A DNA stretch of 63,664 nt, the filler included, from Octopus bimaculoides (taxonomy: Eukaryota), in assembly GCF_001194135.2 (NCBI RefSeq). It is 4 parts of 2 records of this genome, joined end to end, with 100 filler letters (N's around TTAATTAATTAA, not from the genome) between each part and the next. Parts side by side here need not be neighbours in the genome. Positions count along the whole stretch, not along the records: positions 27,733 to 50,169 come from NC_068989.1; 3 more parts are not named here. One strand, 5' to 3'. This document shows, piece after piece, positions 37,042 to 48,124 of the stretch (position 1 is the first letter of the stretch; every line of letters begins with the position of its first letter). Below the pieces are notes generated by a model. It saw only the letters and a program-made list of their open reading frames with translations. It had not been told where the DNA came from and did no database searches. The position numbers and the translations under genes are program-made.

Positions 37042-37872
37042 CATGGAAAAATGGGAGCAATGAAATAATATTCTTAAGATTATAAACCTAGAAAAGTACA
37101 GGACAAGTTATTACACTCGGAAAATTTCACCACAAGTTATAATATCTGGTAAAATACAGAACAAGAAAATTTTCACTTAAAATATTGCAGCTAAGGATAA
37201 CATTTCAAATAAAATAAAAATTTTTATTACTAGTTATTACTTCTATTTATTATTACTTGCTACATCTGTTGCAAATAAAAAAAATAACTCAAAATATTTT
37301 TTGCCCTTTAAAACAATTCCTGTATTGAATTACTAATTAATGATTAGAAATTTGAAAATAGGTTATAAAAATTATAGTAGTACATAATTATTTAGTACAA
37401 TAAATAGAATAATGCAAAAATTAGTTATATATTATAGTAAAAATCTACCTATAACAACAAATTCACAGAAAAATTTGCTTGAGTTATTGCCTAAGTTATT
37501 GCCAAGTCATCACATTTTTAGTTTTGACCCAATACCTATTTTTTTTACATAATGATTTTGCCTACCATATATACTATTCTACTTTGCATAAAGCTTTAAT
37601 TAAATTGGTAGTTCTGGCTCTCATGTTTTAAGTATTCTAGTGTGTCAATATTTTAAGAAAATGATGGTACCTTTTTTAATTATAATGTTACTTTGTAAAT
37701 TAAAATCAAATAATTTTTAATATTCAAATTTTATCCTTAAGTTAAAAATTTCCTTGCTCTATACTTTACCAGATTGTAATAAGTTGTCCTGAACTTTTCC
37801 AAATGTAATAACTTGTCCTTTACTTTTCCATGTTTATAATCTTAATATTTCGCTTGCTTGCATTTTTCCATG
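37042..37872. mobile_element. TA-flanked foldback-type MITE with ~170-bp TIRs
   Basis: TA|catggaaaaatg...catttttccatg|TA. Arms ~37042-37210 and ~37720-37872 are inverted copies with ~28-bp subrepeats (ggaaaagtacaggacaagttattaca). Confidence 0.75.
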
Positions 37873-39429
37873 TAATCCATGTTTTTTCCAGGCTATGCTA
37901 TTATGCTAATTAATTATGTGCCAATTAGTAATTTAAGATTTTACCTTATTGAAAATTACCTCAATGATGCCAGTGACATATATTAAAAGTCCCCTTATAG
38001 AACTATATTCATAGAAAAGTATGCAACAATATTATCATCCTTAAATTTGAGAAACAAATAGCCATAACATTTTTCTTTTCAAATTTGATTGCATGAGATT
38101 GATACCATGAAATTCCTTGAATCGAGCTCTATCATTTAGGCTTAATGAAAATATAGATTGTTTTTGAAATTAAAAAAAAGTTAATTATACTTAAATCCAA
38201 GGTTTTGCCTTACTTATATATTTTTCATGTTGTTTTACCTCACAACTTTTTTTATACAAATTTTGTGGCATGGGAGCAAAACTATAAAATTCTTCATGCT
38301 TTCTTCTATCATTGAAGCTATGTTGCTTTTAAAATTAAAAAAGTTATTTAGATCTAACTTGATTAGAGGCGTTATTTACTTTCCTATAACGTTGCTACAA
38401 ATTTTGATGTAAACTTTTTTCTACTGGATTAAATCAGAATGTCTTTATGCCAAAATGTTGCTAAGGACCAGTCTTCGAAACACTTTTTAATTTGGTTAAC
38501 AACTGAATTAGCGACAAATCTCGGAAGATGGTGCATGTGAGTAAATTACGACCTTAAGATTATTATTCAACTACTACTGTAGTTAAATTATATATATATG
38601 AATAGGATTTGGGACGCGTTCTCTCGTCTGCATAAGACTTTCATTTGTTTTAATATCTAACGCTTTGAGTGAGTTATCCCCACTGCGTGACTCGCAGCCT
38701 ACTGACAAACAGCAAAACATATACAGCGGGGATGTGTATTACGTAAATGAAGCTTTCAGAACTCACTGTTGCTAGAAATAAATATAATGATAATCAACTA
38801 AAGTGATGACAAACTAAATAATGTGATGCACTTTACTAATCAAGTCTTATGAATATAACAGGAAACTGCATAAATGTACACGTGAATAATGAGTCTGTTG
38901 CGGTTTTCATCATAATTTATTGCCACACCACTCTGTTTGGCAACGAAACATGTCTATATGACTATATTCTGTTATAAAATTTGAAGAGAAACAAATTCTG
39001 AATTAAAGTAAGTTTACATCCCGATACACACAAACATGTGTGAGGTTATTTTTAAAGAAAAAAATAGAGGAAAGTGATTATTTAAAAGAAATGATATACT
39101 AGGAATATCGAATAGAAAAATAAAAGAAATGTAAATAGGAATAGTAGCTTTCTTGTCAAATTATTTAGCTATATCTCCCCAAGTGATCTTTGCCTGACCA
39201 ATTCTTAACCATATTCGATGTTGGTGGCATAGATATCTTAAACATCCCCAAGGTGCAAATTCTTTAGTTAATAAAACAAGCTTGCGGAAATTGTGAAACA
39301 AACAACCTAATAACAAAACTCGATAAAACCAAATCGTGGGACACCAACAGAATATTGACCAACGTGCATCAAAAAGGAACATGCCAACGAAAAAATATAA
39401 CAATATTGAAACGAATGCGTAAAATGTAG

Positions 39430-39970
39430 AAATAGGAAATTCGAAAGATGGAACTCATGAACATGTCAATCTGAAAATGGAAATAATAAAAAAAATCAAA
39501 ACAATAGATCTTTCTATGAACCGAAGGAAGGAACGACTCGTGGATAAAACACAACAGTGAAATAGCAACAACACTAAAAGAAGAGACAATCTCAACTTGG
39601 ATCGTTCTACACACACCTTTAAATATTCTAGAAAGGTTTATATTTGATATCAATAAGCCTCACGTCTTTCCCTTCAAATCACAGCATGGATTGAAACCGA
39701 TCCAATTAACCACTGCGCATTTCATTAACCGGATACAGAAAATACAAGATGGTTATGACAGTGGAAAAAAAATAAAACCTCTTGCTCTAATAATGGCTGA
39801 TGCCAGCAACAGTTTCAGCTTCATTCCATGCAAACGATTCTTACAAAGAATAGTGAAGAGTACCATAAGAAGCCAATAAATAAATATGTAAAATATAATT
39901 TACAAGGATAACATTTTCAGGTAGAACAAGCAATTTCAAGAATGGAGTATCACAAAATCTGTCACTTGGA
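39430..39970 (+). pseudogene. Highly decayed LINE RT (CR1/L2/Jockey-like by eye)
   Basis: NILERFIFDINKPHV...SQHGLKP...TT...IQDGYDSGKK...LIMADASNSFSFIP..RFL and NGVSQ resemble KILER...QHGFRP..ST...D.GK....LDFSKAFD.VPH and GVPQGS. Confidence 0.6.
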
Positions 39971-40044
39971 TAAAGTAATTTGCATATTATAACGTAATCG
40001 GTCGGCTAATTTATCTACGCTGCTAGTAATAGAGAGTTTGAAGA

Positions 40045-40135
40045 CGCGTGGCCTGGTGAATAGGGTGCTGGAGCCCAAGATCTTAATGCTGTGGGTTCTA
40101 TTCCAGAACAGAACGATGGGTTGTGTCCTCTGTTG
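40045..40135 (+). mobile_element. tRNA-like SINE head fragment
   Basis: gtggcctggtgaatagg (A-box-like)...gggttctattcc (B-box-like)...gttgtgtcctc. Confidence 0.5.
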
Positions 40136-40260
40136 AGGTCCGTGGATAGAAGGTAGCAGCGACTCTTCCCCGCCCGGCGATATACAGAGAACCTCAATGT
40201 CTTTCCAGGCACTGGTATCGCAAATAGCCAGTGGGCTTATTAAAAAATAATTAGTAGTAT

Positions 40261-40667
40261 CAGAAGCAGTATTAATACCAAAAGATAATACTTATCCCCA
40301 CCTAAAAGTGGATGTTTTGCTAGAATACAGAATACTGCGTTACTTACCATGAGAGAGAATCTCTTATATAGACGTGTGGCGTGTAAAAGCGCTCGTTGTT
40401 ATTTCGCAGGAAGGAAATAATTGTCCGCTACCGCTGCTGGAACGACCGCATCGCATTATTTCAGGCTTCCTTGACATTCTCAGTGGCAGACGTTCGTGAC
40501 TACTTCTGCAGTTCCGGCGGCAGTAGCGGACGATTATCTCCCGACACGAGTGTTTATATGCACTACAAGGTTCTCTCATGGCAAATAATGCAGTATTCTG
40601 TGTTCTAACACAACACCCACTTCTAAGTGGGGATAAATAATATCTTTTGGTGTTAATACTTCTTCTG
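40261..40667. mobile_element. ~400-bp palindromic MITE-like element
   Basis: cagaagcagtattaataccaaaagataatacttatccccac...gtccgctaccgctgctggaac versus the reverse complement of gttccggcggcagtagcggac...gtggggataaataatatcttttggtgttaatacttcttctg. Arms of ~180 bp, spacer of ~60 bp. Confidence 0.85.
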
Positions 40668-40797
40668 TTGCTATTATTTTTTACTACCTACATATGTCTA
40701 CGAAGACTGAACTCCTGTTATAAAAAGTGTTTAATTATGGACACGTTGCGCTTTGGATTCAAACAGTCGTCAGTACATTTCTTTGTTAGCTACTTTT

Positions 40798-40800
40798 TCC

Positions 40801-40849
<49 letters not shown>

Positions 40850-40875
40850 TGTTGTTGTTGTTGTTGTTGTTATTG
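40798..40875. repeat. (AGT)n/(GTT)n microsatellite
   Basis: Direct reading. Confidence 0.95.
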
Positions 40876-41583
40876 TTGGAAATGTCGTGATGGTTATTTA
40901 TACGTTTCAAATTCCGATACACAAAACGAAAGAGAAACCGTATAATAGAAAATTAAATGTATGTTTATTAGTATTACTGATATTATTGATACCGTTGTTA
41001 TAGTTGTTCTTTATAGGGTTTTATTGCTGTTGTTGATGTTGTTATAATGTTATTACTAATATCGTTCTTTTTTTTCTGTATTTATATAAATTTTCTTATT
41101 GTTGTTTTATTCTATAATTCATATAACTTTTGTTTTGGAAATTAACAAATTTCAGCCACAAAACACGAAACGACCACGATTACTGACAAGATATTTAAAT
41201 GTTCAAGTTTTATTTTATTTAGTTTGTTGCTGTTGTTGTTTTTGTTGATGCCGTCTCCAGCAGTGTTCACTTAAAAACCATTGTCTGTGACCAAGTGCTG
41301 TATATTAATTCAATAAACAGACACGTTATCCACCTGACATCGATGCAAACGAATAAATATAATTAGCCAAACTAACGTAAACTGTTTAACATTATTGACC
41401 AGTTCTCCAGACATACCAGTAATTGCTTGTGTATATAATGTGTTCTGCAGTGTAACCAAGAAACGTTTTAGCTATTTGAAATCCACTGTAGCAGTTTCGA
41501 TTCCATACTGGACCTAACACTGCTGGGAGTTCTCCAAGTATTGTACTCTTTTATACTCTTTTGTTTCAGTCATTTGATATAAG

Positions 41584-41625
<42 letters not shown>

Positions 41626-43274
41626 NNNNNNNNNNNNNNNNNNNNNNNNNNNNNNNNNNNNNNNNNNNNNNNNNNNNNNNNNNNNNNNNNNNNNNNNNNN
41701 NNNNNNNNNNNNNNNNNNNNNNNNNNNNNNNNNNNNNNNNNNNNNNNNNNNNNNNNNNNNNNNNNNNNNNNNNNNNNNNNNNNNNNNNNNNNNNNNNNNN
41801 NNNNNNNNNNNNNNNNNNNNNNNNNNNNNNNNNNNNNNNNNNNNNNNNNNNNNNNNNNNNNNNNNNNNNNNNNNNNNNNNNNNNNNNNNNNNNNNNNNNN
41901 NNNNNNNNNNNNNNNNNNNNNNNNNNNNNNNNNNNNNNNNNNNNNNNNNNNNNNNNNNNNNNNNNNNNNNNNNNNNNNNNNNNNNNNNNNNNNNNNNNNN
42001 NNNNNNNNNNNNNNNNNNNNNNNNNNNNNNNNNNNNNNNNNNNNNNNNNNNNNNNNNNNNNNNNNNNNNNNNNNNNNNNNNNTATATATATTATATGCAT
42101 ACAGACACTCACATATACCCACTTATGAAAATATTTTAATTCTTTTTATTCATCTTTCTCATTGTCCTTCACATTTTTGCCATGTAATATTCACCAGAAG
42201 ATACTAACTTTGCGACAACATTTCTCTATAGATGGTATGTTTATATCAAATATTTTCAACCTGTTTGGTTTTACTCTAACAATATATAACGTCTAGATAG
42301 ATATTTACCAATATTTCTCTCGCTATTTTGTTGCAATCTTTTCAAAGTTGATATTGATTTCTTCAGTACACATATTCACAGATTTTCAGAAGAGACATGA
42401 AACACGAGTGTATGTTAAAGTTAATGTTAGTCTTTAAGATATTACTCGGTGTGGGTGAGTGCATGTGTCCGTGTGTGAGTAGTCGTGTGTCTGTGTGTCT
42501 ACGAGCGTTCTCCGAGAACGAATTAATTCGTATATCGGGACATTTCTGTACTCGTGTGTGTGTGTGTTTTTGAAGTAATCCTTTTCAACTGGAGATCAAA
42601 TATATGTACGAAATATCTCCTCGGTTTGTTGTTTGCTCCACCAGACTGCAGATTTTATTTCACCTATGCTTTATATATNNNNNNNNNNNNNNNNNNNNNN
42701 NNNNNNNNNNNNNNNNNNNNNNNNNNNNNNNNNNNNNNNNNNNNNNNNNNNNNNNNNNNNNNNNNNNNNNNNNNNNNNNNNNNNNNNNNNNNNNNNNNNN
42801 NNNNNNNNNNNNNNNNNNNNNNNNNNNNNNNNNNNNNNNNNNNNNNNNNNNNNNNNNNNNNNNNNNNNNNNNNNNNNNNNNNNNNNNNNNNNNNNNNNNN
42901 NNNNNNNNNNNNNNNNNNNNNNNNNNNNNNNNNNNNNNNNNNNNNNNNNNNNNNNNNNNNNNNNNNNNNNNNNNNNNNNNNNNNNNNNNNNNNNNNNNNN
43001 NNNNNNNNNNNNNNNNNNNNNNNNNNNNNNNNNNNNNNNNNNNNNNNNNNNNNNNNNNNNNNNNNNNNNNNNNNNNNNNNNNNNNNNNNNNNNNNNNNNN
43101 NNNNNNNNNNNNNNNNNNNNNNNNNNNNNNNNNNNNNNNNNNNNNNNNNNNNNNNNNNNNNNNNNNNNNNNNNNNNNNNNNNNNNNNNNNNNNNNNNNNN
43201 NNNNNNNNNNNNNNNNNNNNNNTACAATATATAATATAATATACAATATATAATATATTAAAGACTGTCATACC

Positions 43275-43314
43275 GGCCATGACGAAGGGAAATAACCCTG
43301 AAACTCGAGTCGCC
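43275..43314 (+). ncRNA. Minimal type-I hammerhead ribozyme (one-nt insertion in core)
   Basis: GGC-C(a)TGACGA-AGGG-aaataa-CCCT-GAAAC-tcga-GTC-GCC. Stem I GGC/GCC, stem II AGGG/CCCT, stem III AC/GT with palindromic TCGA loop, GUC cleavage triplet. Confidence 0.7.
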
Positions 43315-43320
43315 TTTATA

Positions 43321-43354
<34 letters not shown>

Positions 43355-43944
43355 TATATATTTGATCCTTTATATTGAACACTCAATATTTCATCTACAT
43401 TCAATACTTTATTTCATGGTGCCATCCATTTTTATTTTATTTTATATTATATATTGTATATTATATTATATATTGTATATTCCATATTCTATACCCCACA
43501 TTAGTTCTGCAGGAATATAAATAAAACATAAAAAACAGACAGTGTTGGAACTCTTTTAAGCAAAATAATATATATATATATATATACTTCCATACATATA
43601 CTGCGCATATATAATAATAATAATATAGAAACAATGATTCGTGATAGTAAATATAGAACAGTTTGCATATGAATTAATTACTCACAAACAGAAACTATCA
43701 ACGAGAAAGTCTGCTATTATCTGAAAAAAAAACAGCAACATTTAGAGATATGAGTGAACTGTTAGTAAATGTCACTGTATCTCCTGTTCAATAAGATACA
43801 TAAGCAAAATCCTGAGTCGAGGAAAGGAATTTAACCACCGTGCAGCATTTATATCACATATTTAAATGAAATATTGTCTCTGCTTCACTCCAATATTATT
43901 TTTTAGTGAGCTGGGGATTAATAATGACTTGTAGGCACACAGTA

Positions 43945-44712
43945 TTTTCATCACTGTCAACACTTTCTCTATTCACACTCAAGTCATTGCTTCATCTGTT
44001 ACGCCTTTATAGCGGTAGACATTCATATTATATGCACATTATATGCATGTGTATCATTCTTTTACATATTTCAGTCATTTGAATTCGGCCATGCTGGAGC
44101 ACTGCCTTGAAGGGTTTCAGGCGAAGAAATCGATCCCAGAACTTATCTTTGTAAGCCTAGTACTTATTCTATCGGTCTCTTTTGCAGAACCGCTAAGTTA
44201 CAGAGACATAAACACTCTAACATCGGTTGTCGAGTGATGGTGGGGGAACAAACGCAGGCACAAAGACACACACACACACACACACGAACGCATCCATATA
44301 AGTATACGGCGGGTTTTTTCCAGTTTCCGTCTAGCAAATCCCCTCACAACGCTTTGGTCGGCCCGAGGCTATCGAAGAAGACACTTACCCAAGAGGCAAT
44401 GCAGTGGGACTGAACCCGAAATGATGTGGTTGGGAAGCAAGCTTCTTACCACAAAGCTACGCCTACGCCTATATATATTCACCCGACTGGCTTCCGTAGA
44501 TTTTACGCCAGCCAAATTCACTCAGAAGACATTAGTGAGACCAGGGTGAAACATGAAACCACATGGTACAAAACCATGCTTGCGGTTATTTTACTAATGT
44601 TCACTGAGTTTTCATCGCTGTAAACGCTTTCTCTATTCACATCCAAGTCATTGCCTCATCTATTACGCCTTTATAGTGGTAGTTATTCATATTATATGCA
44701 TGTGTATCATTC
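43945..44712. repeat. ~105-bp direct repeat (43945-44059, 44609-44712)
   Basis: ttttcatc.ctgt.aac.ctttctctattcaca..caagtcattgc.tcatct.ttacgcctttatag.ggtag...ttcatattatatgca...tgtgtatcattc occurs twice. Confidence 0.85.
44060..44470 (-). mobile_element. SINE-A, full length
   Basis: Reverse complement of the SINE-A tail, body and head, with an internal (CA)n. Confidence 0.9.
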
Positions 44713-44749
44713 ACCTCACCGTAACAAATTAAATCTTTATCTTCAGATC

Positions 44750-45230
44750 AATAATTTCTACGTCGGACATCTGGATCAAGCGAGAGGAATGAGCGGTTCA
44801 GCAAGAATGAGTGTTGAGCATGGTAGAAACAGATGGCCCAGAGTTGTAACATCTGTTTCAACGAAGATCATTTTGTAGTGTGGGAGTTTTCTCGCTCATA
44901 TCATTGGGTAACCTGGGTAACACTGGTACCGCGGTGAATGGTTCTGAAACACCAACAGAGCTGCTTTCACCGTCTGATGAGACATCCACTTCTCCATTCA
45001 GAGATGGATAACAGCAACATACTCAGCAAACATATTAAAGTCATCTCTACAGATTATAATAAATAATAGACAGAAAAAAAAACCCCACTGGAAAATAGGA
45101 AAATTAAACGAGGCAGCACATATGCTAGAACAAAATAACCTCCAAAGCAGAACTAGTGCAGATATGAGTAGAATATGGGAACCGGTATTGAGGAGGGATA
45201 CAAAGATATTAAGTTTATAAGTCCTAAAAT
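44750..45230 (+). pseudogene. Possible highly decayed PLE GIY-YIG remnant
   Basis: FYVG...R...EH.R and PHWKIGKLNEAAHML...MSRIWEPVL resemble YIGxT.R...R..EH and HW..RK.KEA..I...S..W.P.L. Weak, by eye only. Confidence 0.35.
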
Positions 45231-45246
45231 TCACTCTATAATTGTC

Positions 45247-45300
45247 CACGGGTATATACCGTAATGGTTAAGAGCGTGGGCTATTAACCCCAAGATTCCG
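45247..45300 (+). mobile_element. Isolated head of the tRNA/HHR element (copy 3)
   Basis: cacgggtatataccgtaatggttaagagcgtgggctattaaccccaagattccg matches 4010-4062 and 27900-27945. Confidence 0.65.
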
Positions 45301-45564
45301 TGTGTGTGTGTGCGCGTGTGTGTCTGTTCGTGTTTGTCTCAGCAGCAGCATCACCACCAGCGCTTGACAATCGGTGCTGGTTTGTTAACGTCACCATACC
45401 TTAACGGCAACAGTGTCCGATAAAATAATTACTAAATGAAAACAAACAAAGAAAAAGTATTGAAGTCGACTGGTTCGAAACCAGTATCTCAGCTTGACTA
45501 CAGCTTTAGATGTGGTTTTTGAGATAATCGAATGTACAAGTACCTGTGTCTGCGCCAAGTGAAA

Positions 45565-45810
45565 GTCGGTAGGCTAGTACTTAGGGTGTTGCACTCACAA
45601 TAATCAGATAATCCTTTACGATTCACGAACCGGGCAGTGTGTTGGGTTCTTGAACAAAAATAAAACACTACATTTCCCGTTGCTCTCGTATACTCAGCTG
45701 TATATCAGTACCTTAGTGACTGACAGCCGTCCCGTTCTGGGAGGGTGTTATGATCTTGATCCCCCATACGCCACGGAAACTGGGAAACCGTCAGAGTATT
45801 AAGAATCGAA
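45565..45810 (+). mobile_element. Diverged SINE with conserved central domain
   Basis: gtgttgggttcttgaacaa...cactacatttcccgttgctc...tactcagctg is the same domain as in 35830-35900 and 62710-62770 (opposite strand). Confidence 0.5.
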
Positions 45811-45923
45811 ACAATAATGTAGCACTGGAGGGAACTTACTTTACTCAACGCCAGCCTGGACTTCACAATGCGCCTTTTGTGCAAAGACTCAACTATTAAC
45901 CCATAGAAAGATATTTCTTATCA

Positions 45924-46001
45924 GGCGCAGGCGTGGTGGTGTGGTAAGAGCCTTAAGTTATTTATGAGTGGATATAAGTGGATATGGAAAGAAGCCCGTC
46001 G

Positions 46002-46068
<67 letters not shown>

Positions 46069-46320
46069 TTGTCTGTCTGCCTGCCTGTATGTTTGTATGT
46101 ATACGATGGGTTTCTTTCGTCTACCATCTCCACTTATGAGGCTTTGGTCATCCTCATATATATATATATATATATATTCGGCAAGAGAGACCAATAAAAT
46201 AAGCACTAGGCTTACAAAAAAAATGTACCAGGGTCGATTCATTCAACTAAAAATTCTTCAAGGCGGTACCCCAGCATAGTCGCAGTCTAATGACTGAAAC
46301 AAGTAAAAGATAAAAGATAA
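45924..46320 (+). mobile_element. Rearranged SINE-A with internal (CTAT)n and an inverted internal fragment
   Basis: Head and gaagcccgtcg, then (TCTA)n, then cgatgggtttctttcgtctacca...gctttggtc (minus-sense body), then the normal tail gactgaaacaagtaaaagataaaaga. Confidence 0.7.
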
Positions 46321-47229
46321 CAGATGTCAAACTAAATGAATGTCTCAATCTTCTGCGAAACAGATCTGCAAACAGAAGAATACAAAAGAAAGTTAGTTAT
46401 TATTAAACCATATCCTGCCGTGTCATCATCACCACCAACACCACAGCCACCACTACCACCACTACCAGCAACAACAGCAAAGCCGCCAGCGCCACCACCA
46501 TCAGCACCAACACCATCGCTACCACCTCCCAAACCATACATTCTCTCAATGGTTTAATCATATCGTTCGTGAAATATTTTAAATTATGTTGATGTCTGAA
46601 CTCATTCGGGATTTTATTCACAGAATACATGTAATGAATGCCAGTAGAAATGAATGTAATAATATTCAAAGGCATGTTTTAATGAGTTTCACGATTACAG
46701 ACGATCTCCGCAGACGATAAAAACCGGAAACGGAAATTAAATGTTAGAACTTCTAATCGAAAATTATTATACATATCATATACACCTAACCTATACATAA
46801 CGATAGTGCAACAACATATAGATATTCATGCGCATCTATGAATTGTGTAAGTGTATATACATATGTATGAATGTATATACGTGTGTATATATATATGTGT
46901 GTGTGTTTGTGTGTGCGTATGTGTGTATGTATTTGTGTATACACACAATACATACACACATATATATATATAATGGCATGCATATACCCACAAATTTATG
47001 TCTCTGTATATATATATATATATATATATAGATATGGAAATGTATATGTATGTATGTATGCATGTATACATATATATGTAGCAGTGAATAGATATATGTA
47101 GATTTAATCTATGTATACACACACACGCATGCATGTATGTATGTATGTATGCATGTATGTATGTATGGATGGATGGATGACTGGCTTGACAGACAAATGA
47201 ATGGGCGGATATATATATATATATATATA

Positions 47230-47249
47230 CAAAGAGAGAGAGAGAGAGC

Positions 47250-47287
<38 letters not shown>

Positions 47288-47305
47288 TAGAGAGAGAGAG
47301 ATAGC

Positions 47306-47390
<85 letters not shown>
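47230..47390. repeat. (GA)n microsatellite
   Basis: Direct reading. Confidence 0.95.
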
Positions 47391-47392
<2 letters not shown>

Positions 47393-47845
47393 GCTAGCAA
47401 CAGAAGCAGTCTTTGTAACGAATATTAATCCAGCTTAACATGGATGCGTTGTTTTACACGTCGTAAGCTGCATTAGTCGCCAAGAGAAATGATTCCATAT
47501 AGACGTTGATTGTTGAATAGCATAGATTGTATTATCAACAGATGAAATTTCGTCTGCATTGATGGGGTAATTTTCACTCGTGAGCGAAAGAAATCCAATC
47601 ATCGAATGCCAGACCGAAATCTCGTCGAACCAACACAGTTTAACACTGACTGAGTAGTCAGTAGTATCATAAAAAGCAACTGTTGTCGCAGTTACGGTCA
47701 TCAGGGTAATCTTGGATCTATGGGATTCTTTACTTGGCCCTTGTATCATGCGTGTATTTATAAACTTCGTATACTGTCTTTGCAATTGTCACCCTCATCC
47801 ATAGCCAGCGGCAAATGAAATATTCTTATCGTTATTATCATAGTC

Positions 47846-48058
47846 GGTGATGAGCTAGCAGAATCGTTAGAACGCTGGGAAAAATGCTTAGCGGTATTTC
47901 CCCCATCTGTACGCTCCGAGTTCAAATTCTGCGGAGATCGACTTCGTCTTTCATCCTTTTGGGGTCGATAAATTAAATACCAGTTGCGCAATGGGGATCG
48001 ATGTAATTGACTAGTCCACTCCCCCAAAAGTGCTGTCCTTGCGGCAAAGTTTAAGACT
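47846..48058 (+). mobile_element. SINE-B copy, near full length
   Basis: ggtgatgagctagcagaatcgttag...gagttcaaattctgcggagatcgact...ggggtcgataaattaa. Confidence 0.88.
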
Positions 48059-48124
48059 ATTATTATTATTATTATCATTATCATCATCATCATTATTATT
48101 ATTTTTGTTGTTGCTGTTGTCTAT

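Noticed and set aside
46336-46557. Proline-rich ORF
   Set aside because: It derives from a degenerate (CCA)n low-complexity tract and has no other coding evidence.
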